From the NCBI GenBank assembly GCA_028282585.1, contig JANQHR010000153.1, positions 1-40,244 on the forward strand: a DNA stretch of 40,244 nt, written 5' to 3'. A program made the translations under genes and the position numbers. How positions within the stretch are numbered: the first letter of the stretch is position 1; every line of letters begins with the position of its first letter. The notes under the pieces were generated by a model. It worked only from the letters and a program-made list of their open reading frames with translations, did no database searches and had not been told where the DNA came from. Of this stretch, positions 17,501-27,516 are shown piece by piece. Source of the DNA: Bacteroidales bacterium. GTDB taxonomy: Bacteria; Bacteroidota; Bacteroidia; Bacteroidales; UBA12077.

Positions 17501-19417
17501 TCCAAACCTTTTATATAGTTTTGCAGTTTCAATATCATAATAACAATAAGATACTGTTGAATTATTATCTCCAATTATTCCACCAACATTGCTATTTCCA
17601 TTTACGTAACCAGTAGAATAACAACTATTTATACTGCCACTGCTCAATACTCCTATTAAACCGCCAACATCACTACTTCCTTTAACAAGCCCTGTGTTGT
17701 AGCAATTTGTTAATGTTGAAGAAACCTGATATCCAACTATACCTCCAACATGATCATAACCGTAAACAACACCTGAATTAAAGCAATTCGAGATGGTTGT
17801 ACTACTCTGTAATCCGATAAGGCCTCCAACATTCTGGTTTCCATTTACAAAACCTGTATTGTAACAATTAATTATATCTGAATTATATGAATGCCCTACC
17901 AGGCTTCCAACATAAATATTACCCTCTATGTTTGAATTTTCGAGTGCGATGTTTGCAATTGTTGCTCCATTAATACTACCAAAGAAACCTACATAGGCGG
18001 CAGAAGGGGAATTTACATAAATGCTATCAATAGTATAACCTTGCCCGTTATAATTTCCTGTAAAATCAGTTGATGAATTACCTATGGGTGAAAAGCCTTC
18101 ACCGGAATTCCATGATTTAGTTTCTGCCGCATTAATATTAGCTGTTTGTATAAAATATTTAGTCCATGTGGATGGGTTTTCTGAAATATATTGCAAGTGC
18201 GCTAATGTTGATATACGCCAGGGATCCGTTTCAGTTCCGGAACCGGGAATTTCAGTCTTGTTATAAAAAAAAGCATCTCCATAATAATAATTACCGTTTT
18301 GATCTATTGCATACGCTTGCATAATATACAAAGCTATTTCCAAACTGGGCAATGGTTCTTTAAGAAAACCTTCACTATCCCCCGGACCATTACTTGCATA
18401 AGTCCAGGCTTCAGCAGTATCTATGCGATAGCATAGGCCTGTTTCAACTATATTTATTCCCGCTGCTGCAGTGGTATGGCCAGCAACACTATCATTTGAT
18501 ACCAGCCAATTGCTTATTTTAACATCCTGAAAATATAAATAAGGACGGCCGCTTGTGTCAGCTACCCAGGGATTGTTTTCATCTGCCCCATATTTAAACC
18601 CTGCTAATGAATCGGTTTTAAATTCTTCGGTAGTAAGGCCCGTTAATTCTGAGCTTGAACCAAAACCTATTCCTGAACTTTGATTAGACGTCTCTGTATC
18701 ATAGTAACATTTATTTATACTTCCAGCAAAGTACACTACTCCCATGAAACCGCCACTAGTCCCTCCGGATACTGCTCCTGTGGAATAGCAATTAATGGTT
18801 TTGGAATTAAAATCTCCTTCTCCTATAAATCCGCCGACAGTTCCAGCACCTTGCACATAGCCAGTAGCATAACAATTACTAATTGTATCTTCGTAATTGA
18901 ACCCTATTAATCCTCCAATTGTATTGTTACCAATTACACTCCCTGTGGAATAGCAATTAGATATATTTGTAGAATAATTATATCCTATTAAGCTTCCCAC
19001 AAGATTTTGCCCTTCACAGTAATTATTCTCCATCCCAACATTGGATATGGCTGCATTGCTTGTGTATCCGAACAAACCTATGTGGTTATTAGATGGCCTT
19101 TTTATATAAAGATTGCTAATATGATACCCCTGGCCATTAAATGTGCCGGTAAATTTTGTTGTACTATTCCCTATAGGAGAGAACCCTTCACCGGAGTTCC
19201 AGGTTTTCGTTTCGGATGCATCAATGTTTGCTCCCAAACCCCAATCTTCATCCCAAACCGAATTGGTTTCGCTTAGCCATCTTAGTTCTGCCAAGTTTGT
19301 TATAGTTCCTCCTGTTCCGCTTACCCAATCAGCCGGCTGCTGGGCAACAGTTACTGCATTTGCATTTATGCAATAAAAAAATACAAAAATGATTAACCAA
19401 AGTATACGTTCTTTCAT
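14594..19417 (-). CDS. Large T9SS-secreted surface protein with GLUG motifs and InlB B-like repeats
   Basis: Signal peptide from MKERILW, three modules with PIGNS..FTG.Y/F.GQGY.I and VGGLIG repeats, tandem GY.F.EW repeats, C-terminal T9SS CTD (YNISGNVV...GFYFV...KVF). Confidence 0.85.
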   Translation of the reverse strand: MKERILWLIIFVFFYCINANAVTVAQQPADWVSGTGGTITNLAELRWLSETNSVWDEDWGLGANIDASETKTWNSGEGFSPIGNSTTKFTGTFNGQGYHISNLYIKRPSNNHIGLFGYTSNAAISNVGMENNYCEGQNLVGSLIGYNYSTNISNCYSTGSVIGNNTIGGLIGFNYEDTISNCYATGYVQGAGTVGGFIGEGDFNSKTINCYSTGAVSGGTSGGFMGVVYFAGSINKCYYDTETSNQSSGIGFGSSSELTGLTTEEFKTDSLAGFKYGADENNPWVADTSGRPYLYFQDVKISNWLVSNDSVAGHTTAAAGINIVETGLCYRIDTAEAWTYASNGPGDSEGFLKEPLPSLEIALYIMQAYAIDQNGNYYYGDAFFYNKTEIPGSGTETDPWRISTLAHLQYISENPSTWTKYFIQTANINAAETKSWNSGEGFSPIGNSSTDFTGNYNGQGYTIDSIYVNSPSAAYVGFFGSINGATIANIALENSNIEGNIYVGSLVGHSYNSDIINCYNTGFVNGNQNVGGLIGLQSSTTISNCFNSGVVYGYDHVGGIVGYQVSSTLTNCYNTGLVKGSSDVGGLIGVLSSGSINSCYSTGYVNGNSNVGGIIGDNNSTVSYCYYDIETAKLYKRFGNQSGLNTVDYTAEDFKVDSMPGFTYGSSDEQPWVANSNGRPYFYYQPAAISNGIVQNDTLEAFVLEFDETKINETGIRFRYDTASIWVYQSEGPGDVAGTFSESLHSLEYGAYIIQPYAVDTSGSYYFGDAAYYVNTPLKGEGRRTNPWLINNFEDLIYASEDSLVWTGHYIQTADIDATGSDTLNAGKGLIPIGNSTNIFTGSYDGQGYTIHNLTINRPSQDYVGLFGYTYLDTISNIKIENCSVTGNNYTAGLIGYSGQTTIYNVGIVNSSMEGNDFTGGLAGYVTGSEVSDIVLDNNSITGALAVGGLLGYSYTSTNISDCFSNGIVEGDERTGGLVGSHVNSAIEECYVTGTVNGVLNTGGLTGLNHGASVFNCYSLVNITGNENTGGFTGYNSSSSTISYSYSAGVVAGNTSTGAFIGNNSSSSVVKCYIDTETSGLSNSIGSDDNSQAAPEYISSLFSNIDNFIDWDFDEIWYIGFECQLDSVIRPFFQWQMVNVSFFVQGDGALSGNAKQKVGIGCDAQEVEAIPNTGYYFVEWQAGNGETLTTENPLTVTEVENDTSLTAIFSNIYYFTSEIATGKGSINISSVSAAYNSSVMYTITPDAGYVIDSIFYQNNKVTSGLIQSEESYYYNVTVAEDGHLKVYFSFKNYAIRFSAGTHGSIFGDTLQYIMAGDDAISVAAIADDGYQFHEWQSSAGESITSENPLIVTNVTKDSSLTAIFRDTYYFTSEVSSGEGTIEISNLMASYNSSVTYTITPNAGYVVDSVIYQEENITSGLIQSEESHLYIVTVREDGHLKAYFSHRNYAVKFSAGLNGSIFGDTLQYISTGEDALSVVAIADNGYLFSEWQDNDGNYVSIDNPITIYNVLQDTFLVAVFKEDITSGIESNKDSKIVLYAYKNNIYVKLGKLHSDAIITVYNISGNVVAKTTIYNKEEVLKLNVVPGFYFVNVYDGKVYKTEKVFLSE

Positions 19418-19596
19418 AATAATTAATAATTGATGGTTCGATGCTCGCAAAATATCATAATCAGGCTTATTAATGAAAAAACCTACCTTAACAAAAACTT
19501 AGCAAATTTGAACGGTCAACTGAGAAGTAATTTAGCGTTATGCTATGTGTCTGATTACATGGTATTTAGTTTAGCAGCTAAAAAGAAGGATTTTGA

Positions 19597-20667
19597 CTAA
19601 TATTTATCAAGAAATTGCGAAAATGTATCTTTTTTCTGTAAGCCTAGTTTCTTTCTTAACCTTGAGCGGGACACTTCAATACTGCCTTTCTCCGTATTGG
19701 TAAGAAGGGCAATTTCTTTTGTTGTAAGGTTCAATTTAAGAAAAGCTGCAAGTTTTAATTCTCCGGCTGTAAGCTTGGGATAATCCTTTTTAATATTGGT
19801 ATAAAAACCCTGGTGAATATCTTTGAACCTTACCATGAATTCTTCCCAGTGAGAGCTATTTTCTGATCGTATGTCCCTTGCAATACTTTCTAAATCCTTA
19901 AGCTTTTCCTGTGGTATAAAATTTTCAAGTGCTTCAAGCCTTTTAGCCGAATGATTGGCTTTTTCCTTCTGTTCGGCTAACAGCATGGCCCTGCTAACTA
20001 GTTCCTTATTTTTTATTTCAACAGATTCCTTTAAAAGCTGCACTTGCTCGGCAATTCTTTGGTTTTCTTTTTCAAGGATTTCTTTTTCTTTTTGTGCCAG
20101 TAAAATATTAAGTTTCTCATTGTTCCTGAAGGATGCCCTTAACCTTTTCGAAAACAAATCAATTCCAAACGTAAAACCGCACATCATAATAATAAGGAAT
20201 GCTGCATTCTCTTTAACAAATCCATCCTGTGACAAGTACCACATGATAATAACATCAATACAAAATAATATATTGAGTATGTATACATAAACCCTATGTA
20301 AAAGAAACCCGGAGAACGGAATAAGAATCATATATACCGCAGTATCTCTTAAAAAATAAAATTGCCATAAGGGGTCGTTAACAAGCAGTAAAAAAATATG
20401 TGAAGCAATAAAACATATAACTATAGATAAGATTAATATTAATGATGGAACAACAATATTTCTTTTATCGAAAAGAAAGAATAGCAAACTGACAAGCACA
20501 GCAACTAATGTAATGGCATTAAGGTACATCAGGAATTGTTGATTGTGATCTATGTATTCTGCCAGATCAATGCTTAACCCCACCAGGGAAAAAATAATTG
20601 CTACACCTAAATAAATTTTCAAGGGTTTCTTTAATATTTCCTGAAATGGTACTTTAATCATATACAA
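19597..20667 (-). CDS. Membrane-anchored LuxR-type HTH transcriptional regulator
   Basis: Several N-terminal TM segments, a coiled coil and C-terminal YPKLTAGELKLAAFLKLNLTTKEIA...SRSRLRKKLGL. Confidence 0.85.
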   Translation of the reverse strand: MYMIKVPFQEILKKPLKIYLGVAIIFSLVGLSIDLAEYIDHNQQFLMYLNAITLVAVLVSLLFFLFDKRNIVVPSLILILSIVICFIASHIFLLLVNDPLWQFYFLRDTAVYMILIPFSGFLLHRVYVYILNILFCIDVIIMWYLSQDGFVKENAAFLIIMMCGFTFGIDLFSKRLRASFRNNEKLNILLAQKEKEILEKENQRIAEQVQLLKESVEIKNKELVSRAMLLAEQKEKANHSAKRLEALENFIPQEKLKDLESIARDIRSENSSHWEEFMVRFKDIHQGFYTNIKKDYPKLTAGELKLAAFLKLNLTTKEIALLTNTEKGSIEVSRSRLRKKLGLQKKDTFSQFLDKY

Positions 20668-20889
20668 ACCAGAGTTTATTTGCCTTGATTGTAAATATAG
20701 CTTTTTTTAAAATGAATGTACTTCCGAAACTTACCTGATTGGTTGGAAACAAGAATTTGATGCGCAATTTTGAGTTGAAAATGATAAATTAGTCTCACCT
20801 AATACGGCTTTTGTTTAAAAAAGAGCAAGATTAGTCAAAAAAATTACTCGGCAAACCAATAACTTTGATTTTGTTTAAAACATACGGCT

Positions 20890-21528
20890 ATGAAACACGA
20901 ATGGAAAAAAAAGGAAAAATCTATTTATATACCCAAAAACAAGCCCGAGTTAATAAAAATCCCTAAATTCAAATATTTCACTATCGAAGGTGAAGGTAAT
21001 CCCAACAGCGGGTTGTTCCCTGAATATATTGGAGTTTTGTATTCACTTTCATATGCAATAAAAATGAGCCCCAAAAAGGGAATTGAACCTAAAGGTTATT
21101 TTGATTATACAGTTTATCCTTTAGAGGGTATATGGGATTTAAATGAAAAGGCAAAGAAGAATTATAATGGTGTACTAAACAAGGATGACCTGATTTTTAA
21201 ACTAATGATTCGCCAACCTGATTTTGTTACTGAAGAATTTGCGCAAATAATCATTGAATTAACTAAAGAAAAGAAACCACACGAGTTATTGAGTAAAGTA
21301 AAGTTTGAAAAAATCAGCGACGGCTTGTGTGTTCAAATGATGCATCTGGGAAGTTATGACAACGAACCTGAAAGCTTCAAACTGATGGAAGAATTTGCTT
21401 CTAACGAGGGATACATAAGAAAATCAAAAGTCCACAGGGAAATATATTTGTCTGATGCCCGTAAAGTAGCACCGGAAAAACTAAAAACTATTTTAAGATT
21501 TATAATTGAAAAGAAAAAAGCTCCTTAA
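20890..21528 (+). CDS. GyrI-like small-molecule-binding domain protein
   Basis: GEGNPN, VYPLEGIW, MIRQPDFV, QMMHLGSYD.E and HREIYLSD motifs. Its stop overlaps the dnaB stop (TTAA). Confidence 0.85.
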   Translation: MKHEWKKKEKSIYIPKNKPELIKIPKFKYFTIEGEGNPNSGLFPEYIGVLYSLSYAIKMSPKKGIEPKGYFDYTVYPLEGIWDLNEKAKKNYNGVLNKDDLIFKLMIRQPDFVTEEFAQIIIELTKEKKPHELLSKVKFEKISDGLCVQMMHLGSYDNEPESFKLMEEFASNEGYIRKSKVHREIYLSDARKVAPEKLKTILRFIIEKKKAP

Positions 21529-23075
21529 AATGGAGCTTCATTATCAAAGTTCTTGTTACTTCCCAGATCAAAAATGTCATCATCCGATTTTTGTTGTCCG
21601 GAACTTGAGTCCTCATTTATTTTGGAGCTAAAGGTCTTTGCTCCTCCACCAGGATCATTTTCAACAGGGAAGTCACCGATAAAATCTTCTTCTAAATCCT
21701 CAAACTTAGCCAATTCATTTCTAAACCTTAGTTTAATATCCGCCAATGCACCATTCCTGTGTTTAGCCAGTATAATTTCAGCCATTCCTAACAAAGAATT
21801 ACCTTCTTCGTCCTCTATAAATCCATACTTTTCCGGCCGGTGGATGAACAATACCATATCGGCATCTTGCTCAATAGCACCAGATTCACGTAAATCGGAA
21901 AGTTGTGGCCGTTTGGTTCCCGAACGCATTTCAACCGAACGGTTCAACTGCGATAATGCAATAATTGGTACATTTAATTCTTTTGCAATTCCCTTTAACG
22001 ATCGAGAAATCATACTTACCTCCTGCTCTCGATTTCCCTTTGTTTCAGGCGGACCGGTCATTAATTGTAAGTAATCAATAATTATAATATCTACTTTATG
22101 TTGACTCAATAATCTTCGACACTTGGCACGTAGCTCAAATACAGAGATTGCCGGAGTATCATCAATAAAAATATCAGCTTCGACCATTCGCTTGATCTTG
22201 TACTCAAGTTGTTCCCATTCGAATGGTTCTAATCTTCCGTTTCTGATCTTATCCGAAGATAACTCTGTTTCACTCACAATTAAACGATTAACCAACTGTA
22301 CCGATGACATCTCTAATGAAAATATCGCTACACCTTGTTTATGCTCAATAGCCATATTCCTGGTCATCGATAATACAAAAGCTGTTTTCCCCATCGAAGG
22401 GCGGGCCGCAATAATTACCAAATCGGAACGCTGCCAACCAGAAGTTACGCGATCTAGTTTTGTATAGCCGGAAGGTACACCACTTAAACCATCTTCGCGC
22501 TTCCCCGCTTCCTCAATCTGACTTATCGCTTCCTGTATAATCAGGTTTATCTTGGTAGTTTCCTTTTTTATGTTTCCTTCTGCTACTTTAAATAATTCAG
22601 ATTCAGAAAAATCTATCAGGTCATTTACATCAATACTGTCATCGTAAGCTTTACCTTGTATTTCAGTAGAAACACGAATTAATTCTCGTTGTATATGCTT
22701 TTGTGCAATAATTCTGGCATGATACTCGACATGTGCTGCTGAAGATACTTTACTTGCAAGTTGAGTTATATAAAAAGGCCCCCCAATAAGGTCCAGATCA
22801 TTTCTCTTTCTCAATTCTTCTGTAACCGTTAAAATATCAATAGGTTGAAGTTCTTGTGATAAATCAAGTACAACTTTAAATATCTTTTGATGAGCTTCTT
22901 TATAAAAGCTTTCCGGACGAATAATATCCATTACGGCAATAATCGCATCTTTTTCAAGCATGATTGCACCTAATACAGCTTCTTCTAGATCAATTGCCTG
23001 TGGAGGTAATTTCCCGTAATCCAGCATTTGGTCAATATTTGCCTTTCTTGGAGAGTTTTTATTCGTTCCAGCCAT
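21525..23075 (-). CDS. dnaB: Replicative DNA helicase
   Basis: LPPQAIDLEEAVLG, AARPSMGKT, FSLEMS, IIDYLQL, SDLRESGAIEQDAD, AKHRNG. Confidence 0.98.
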   Translation of the reverse strand: MAGTNKNSPRKANIDQMLDYGKLPPQAIDLEEAVLGAIMLEKDAIIAVMDIIRPESFYKEAHQKIFKVVLDLSQELQPIDILTVTEELRKRNDLDLIGGPFYITQLASKVSSAAHVEYHARIIAQKHIQRELIRVSTEIQGKAYDDSIDVNDLIDFSESELFKVAEGNIKKETTKINLIIQEAISQIEEAGKREDGLSGVPSGYTKLDRVTSGWQRSDLVIIAARPSMGKTAFVLSMTRNMAIEHKQGVAIFSLEMSSVQLVNRLIVSETELSSDKIRNGRLEPFEWEQLEYKIKRMVEADIFIDDTPAISVFELRAKCRRLLSQHKVDIIIIDYLQLMTGPPETKGNREQEVSMISRSLKGIAKELNVPIIALSQLNRSVEMRSGTKRPQLSDLRESGAIEQDADMVLFIHRPEKYGFIEDEEGNSLLGMAEIILAKHRNGALADIKLRFRNELAKFEDLEEDFIGDFPVENDPGGGAKTFSSKINEDSSSGQQKSDDDIFDLGSNKNFDNEAPF

Positions 23076-23409
23076 TGTATTCAGTCCTTAATTTTTTGGA
23101 AAATCAAAGGTAAGCATACCTTTCCCAAAATGAGTTAAATTATCGCTTTTTCTTTCCTTGATTTTTTTAACCGAAGTTATTAACAATTGTTAATTTCTTT
23201 TTGTCATTTTAGTTTGATTCTAGCGTGATTAATTCTTAAAATCTATGAATCAATCTTGTAACGAAGAAATAATAAGTAGTTGTTGGTTTCATATCATTTA
23301 TTATTTGTTGTAGGCTTAACCTATATTATTTATAAATGTTGGAGATTTTAATATTTATGAATACGTCAGGTTAAATTACTACTTTTGTTCTTGATTTAAA
23401 ATTATTGAG

Positions 23410-24219
23410 ATGATCCTATTCCCAAATGCCAAAATAAATATTGGTTTAAATATCATTGAAAAAAGAATTGATGGTTTTCATAATATTGAAACACTTTTTT
23501 ATCCTATTGGATTATCAGATATTTTAGAAATCAATAAATCCAATAAACTAGAATTTAAAAACACAGGCTTAACAGTTGAAAATAATAAGCTTGAATCAAA
23601 TCTCTGCTATAAAGCCTATCAATTATTAAATGATGACTATGATCTTGGATCAATCAATATTCACTTGCATAAGATCATTCCTTTTGGAGCCGGAATTGGT
23701 GGAGGATCTTCAGATGCCACATTTACCCTCAAACTTTTAAACTCTTTGTTTGATTTAAAATTACACAACACTCAATTGCAAAAATATGCCGAAAAAATAG
23801 GTAGTGATTGTTCATTCTTTTTATTAAACAAACCAGCTTTTGCGGTAGAAAAAGGAAATATTTTAACCAAATCTGATTTAAATCTAAAAGGGTATTTTTT
23901 AGTATTAATTCACCCCGGAATTCATGTAAATACAGCTATAGCTTATTCTAACGTTACTCCAAAAAAACCGGAAAAGAGCCTGGCTGAGCTTATTAACATA
24001 CCAATCAAAAACTGGAAAGGTAAGCTAGTTAATGATTTTGAAGAATCGGTGTTTAAAAATTATCCTGAGCTAAGAGTCATCAAAGAAGAATTATATACTC
24101 AGGGAGCAATATATGCTTCCATGTCAGGCAGCGGTTCTGCAGTTTATGGAATATTTAAAGACGAAATAAACTTAAAGCAAATATTTAACAAGTATTTTGT
24201 TTGGTCTGAGTGGTTATAA
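23410..24219 (+). CDS. ispE: 4-diphosphocytidyl-2C-methyl-D-erythritol kinase
   Basis: PNAKINIGL, KIIPFGAGIGGGSSDA, GSDC, MSGSGS. Confidence 0.95.
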   Translation: MILFPNAKINIGLNIIEKRIDGFHNIETLFYPIGLSDILEINKSNKLEFKNTGLTVENNKLESNLCYKAYQLLNDDYDLGSINIHLHKIIPFGAGIGGGSSDATFTLKLLNSLFDLKLHNTQLQKYAEKIGSDCSFFLLNKPAFAVEKGNILTKSDLNLKGYFLVLIHPGIHVNTAIAYSNVTPKKPEKSLAELINIPIKNWKGKLVNDFEESVFKNYPELRVIKEELYTQGAIYASMSGSGSAVYGIFKDEINLKQIFNKYFVWSEWL

Positions 24220-24220
24220 A

Positions 24221-24253
24221 AAAACATCCGAAACAAATTGCTTCGGACGTTTT
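24221..24253. terminator. Bidirectional terminator
   Basis: AAAACATCCGAA..TTCGGACGTTTT between convergent genes. Confidence 0.65.
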
Positions 24254-24261
24254 CTATGAGT

Positions 24262-24636
24262 CTATTCTAATTCGATCATTAAATGATCTTTTGGAACTTT
24301 TTCTTCTTCCGTAACATAGATTTTCTTTACTTTTCCATCTATTGGAAAATAAATCTTATTCTTCATTTTCATAGCCTCCAAAATCATCATAAGGTCGCCT
24401 TCCTTAACCTTTTGCCCTTCTTCAACATAAACTTTAATAACAGTTCCAGGGATCAGCGATTTAATTTTTCTTACATCGGGTTGTTCCCACTTCTTCCTGT
24501 TTTTATATTTCTCGGTAAAAAGTGTTTTATACTTGGCACCTTGTTCCTGAATTACCAGGCTGCTAAAACGAGTTTTCTGAGCTTCTTCTTTATTTGCCTT
24601 TGAAGCTTTATTTTCGGTATTCTCTTTTGTTGCCAT
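24262..24636 (-). CDS. Biotin carboxyl carrier protein
   Basis: EAMKM biotinylation motif. Confidence 0.9.
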   Translation of the reverse strand: MATKENTENKASKANKEEAQKTRFSSLVIQEQGAKYKTLFTEKYKNRKKWEQPDVRKIKSLIPGTVIKVYVEEGQKVKEGDLMMILEAMKMKNKIYFPIDGKVKKIYVTEEEKVPKDHLMIELE

Positions 24637-24648
24637 AAGCTTCCAGGT

Positions 24649-26196
24649 TTAAAATGGAGGAATTCCATGTTTCTTAATAGGTTTCCTATCAACTTTATTC
24701 TGAGACACTTCTAATGCATGAAGAAGCATTTTTCTTGTTTCCTCCGGTTCAATAACCGAATCAACATAACCTTTAGCTGCAGCAACGTAAGGATTGGCAA
24801 ATTTTTCTTTATATTCTTTAACCTTCTGTTTTCTAACTTTTTCCGGATCTTCAGCTGCCATAATTTCTTTCCTAAAGATAATGTTTGCTGCCCCCTCAGG
24901 CCCCATAACCGCAATCTCGGCACCAGGCCATGCAAATACGAAGTCTGCATTTAAGTGTCTCGAATTCATTGCAATGTAACCGCCACCATAAGCTTTTCTT
25001 AAAATTACAGTGATTTTTGGAACTGTAGCTTCAGAATAAGCATATAGTACTTTAGCACCATGACGGATTACACCTGCATGTTCTTGGTCAACACCAGGAA
25101 GATAACCCGGAAGGTCAACAAGTGTTACAATCGGAATATTAAACGAGTCACAATAACGAATAAACCTGGCTGCTTTACAAGATGAATCAACATCAAGAAC
25201 ACCAGCTAAGACAAGCGGTTGATTACAAACGAATCCAACTGTTTGTCCATCAATTCTTCCAAATCCTATTACCATATTAGAAGCCCATAATTCCTGAATT
25301 TCCAGGAAATCGGAATCATCGGTAATTGAACGAACTACGTCTCTAACATCATAAGGTTCTTTTGGATTTCCCGGAACAATCTCATCAATTTTAAACTCTT
25401 CGACCTTAGGTTCTTTAGACTCGAAAGGTTGAGCTTTTTTACTATTATTCCATGGTATGTATGTTATAAGCTTTTTGATCTGATCAAAACATTCAATCTC
25501 GCTTTCTGCGTAGAAGTGGGCATTACCAGTTGTTTCGCTGTGTACTCTTGCTCCTCCTAGATCTTCCATTGAAATTTCTTCGCCAAGAACCGTTTTAATT
25601 ACCTCAGGACCGGTAATAAACATTTTTGATATCTTATCAACAACAAAAACGAAATCTGTTAAAGCCGGAGAATATACGGCTCCACCTGCGCATGGACCAA
25701 GGATTACAGAAATTTGAGGAATAACACCAGAAGCAGTTGTGTTTCTATAAAAAATCTCACCATAACCCGCTAACGAGTTAACTCCTTCCTGAATTCTTGC
25801 TCCACCGGAATCATTAATCCCAATAATAGGAACTCTCATCTTCATGGCATGATCCATGATTTTTGTAATTTTTCTTGCATGCATTAATCCCAAAGATCCA
25901 CCTGCAACAGTAAAATCCTGGGCATAAATACAAATTGGTGCTCCAAAAATGGTACCCGTACCAGTTATAACACCATCACCATGAAGAACTTTTGTTGCCA
26001 TACCGAAGTCACGAGCTTCGTGCTCAACAAACAAATCATACTCATGGAACGAATTCTCATCCAAAAGCGTAATGATTCTTTCACGAGCAGTCATTTTCCC
26101 CATGGCTACTTGTTTCTCTATGGCTTTCTCACCACCACCCTGAAGAACTTTTTCTCGTTTCTTTTGAAGTTCAAGAATTTTTCTTTTCAAAGACAT
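24649..26196 (-). CDS. Acyl-CoA carboxylase carboxyltransferase subunit (propionyl-CoA carboxylase beta / methylmalonyl-CoA decarboxylase alpha type)
   Basis: QDFTVAGGSLG, DSGGARIQEG, GPCAGGAVYSPA, RKAYGG, KKHGIPP. Confidence 0.93.
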   Translation of the reverse strand: MSLKRKILELQKKREKVLQGGGEKAIEKQVAMGKMTARERIITLLDENSFHEYDLFVEHEARDFGMATKVLHGDGVITGTGTIFGAPICIYAQDFTVAGGSLGLMHARKITKIMDHAMKMRVPIIGINDSGGARIQEGVNSLAGYGEIFYRNTTASGVIPQISVILGPCAGGAVYSPALTDFVFVVDKISKMFITGPEVIKTVLGEEISMEDLGGARVHSETTGNAHFYAESEIECFDQIKKLITYIPWNNSKKAQPFESKEPKVEEFKIDEIVPGNPKEPYDVRDVVRSITDDSDFLEIQELWASNMVIGFGRIDGQTVGFVCNQPLVLAGVLDVDSSCKAARFIRYCDSFNIPIVTLVDLPGYLPGVDQEHAGVIRHGAKVLYAYSEATVPKITVILRKAYGGGYIAMNSRHLNADFVFAWPGAEIAVMGPEGAANIIFRKEIMAAEDPEKVRKQKVKEYKEKFANPYVAAAKGYVDSVIEPEETRKMLLHALEVSQNKVDRKPIKKHGIPPF

Positions 26197-26421
26197 AAAT
26201 TGTTCATTTAGTTAATAAATTACTTATGATGTTAGCTTTCTCATAAGCATTCTTTCAAAAAAATAAGTGCAACATTACAAAATCCATCTTATTTATGAAA
26301 ATTTAATCATGATTTAAATTGCACCTTGTAGGTCAAATTACTAATATCCAGACCTATAATTTGTTCAGTGTTTATTCAGATGTCGGAGATAAAGGTATGA
26401 AATAAGTTATATAATAACAGA

Positions 26422-27516
26422 TTATTTTGGAGCTAATCGATATAAGAAAACAGCAATTATTGCATAAAGTAAATTTGGAAACCAAACCGCAAATAAAGCA
26501 TTCATTGTACCGTTTATCGCAAACATTGTTGTAAAACGCATAAAAAGTATATATGAGAAACTTAATAACAATCCGAATCCAATGTGCATTCCGATTCCTC
26601 CTCTAACTTTCCTGGATGATAAAGAAACTCCAATAAGAGTTAATATAAACGTTGAAAAAGGATATGCAAAACGTCCGTACTTATTAATTAGTAATTCGGT
26701 TATATTGTCAGCTCCTTGCATGCGTTGATGATCAATAAATTCATTTAACTCAGGAAGGTTCATCATCTCCGTAAAGTTCTCCATCCTTTCGAATTCTTCC
26801 GGAAGCATGTTCAATGTGGTATCAATTCTTGCTCCGGTTGAAATTGTTTCATTTCCTAAGCTATCAATATCACGTATAAAGTAATTCCGTATAACCCATT
26901 TAGATAGGGTGGTATCATATTTAGCATAGTCAGAAATAAGCTTAGACCTTAAAATACCATTTTCGAATTTCTCTATAGCAAACTTATACCCAATATCATT
27001 TGTGACATTGTAGCTTTTCATATAAACGAATAAACCTGGCTCAATCTGGCGATGAATATCTTTATCAGTATTACGAACGGGTTTCTTGACATAGGTATAT
27101 TCGAATACAATTCTTTCCTCATTTGCTGGCGGAATAACATACGCCATAAGTATAAATGAAAAAATAGCAATAATTAATGCAGAAACAAAATACGGATACA
27201 TCATTCTTCTAAAACTTACACCTGAGCTCAGAATTGCAATTATCTCAGTATTATAAGCCATTTTAGAAGTAAAAAATATTACAGCAATAAAGGTAAACAA
27301 CGAACTAAAAAGATTGGCAAAATAAGGTATAAAATTCATATAATAATCAAATACTATAGCACTCAGAGGTGCATCTTTTTCAATAAAATCTTCTACCTTC
27401 TCCGCTACATCGAATACAACAGCTATGCTAATAATAATAACAATAGCAAAAAAGTAAGTTCCAAGAAACTTCTTTATTATGTAGAAATCAATCTTTTTAA
27501 GTCCTAAAAAACTCAT
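26422..27516 (-). CDS. LptF/LptG family LPS export permease
   Basis: IDFYIIKKFL, TEIIAILSSGVS and multiple TMs. ATG at 27516 overlaps the tgt stop (ATGA). Confidence 0.9.
   Translation of the reverse strand: MSFLGLKKIDFYIIKKFLGTYFFAIVIIISIAVVFDVAEKVEDFIEKDAPLSAIVFDYYMNFIPYFANLFSSLFTFIAVIFFTSKMAYNTEIIAILSSGVSFRRMMYPYFVSALIIAIFSFILMAYVIPPANEERIVFEYTYVKKPVRNTDKDIHRQIEPGLFVYMKSYNVTNDIGYKFAIEKFENGILRSKLISDYAKYDTTLSKWVIRNYFIRDIDSLGNETISTGARIDTTLNMLPEEFERMENFTEMMNLPELNEFIDHQRMQGADNITELLINKYGRFAYPFSTFILTLIGVSLSSRKVRGGIGMHIGFGLLLSFSYILFMRFTTMFAINGTMNALFAVWFPNLLYAIIAVFLYRLAPK

Noticed and set aside
21553-22467. Long antisense ORFs inside dnaB (and similar shadow ORFs in pccB-like, tgt, GLUG, LRR and DUF4625 genes)
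   Set aside because: Fully overlap well-supported genes on the other strand and have no motifs.
21525-23075. Intein in DnaB
   Set aside because: 516 aa with contiguous helicase motifs. No insertion.
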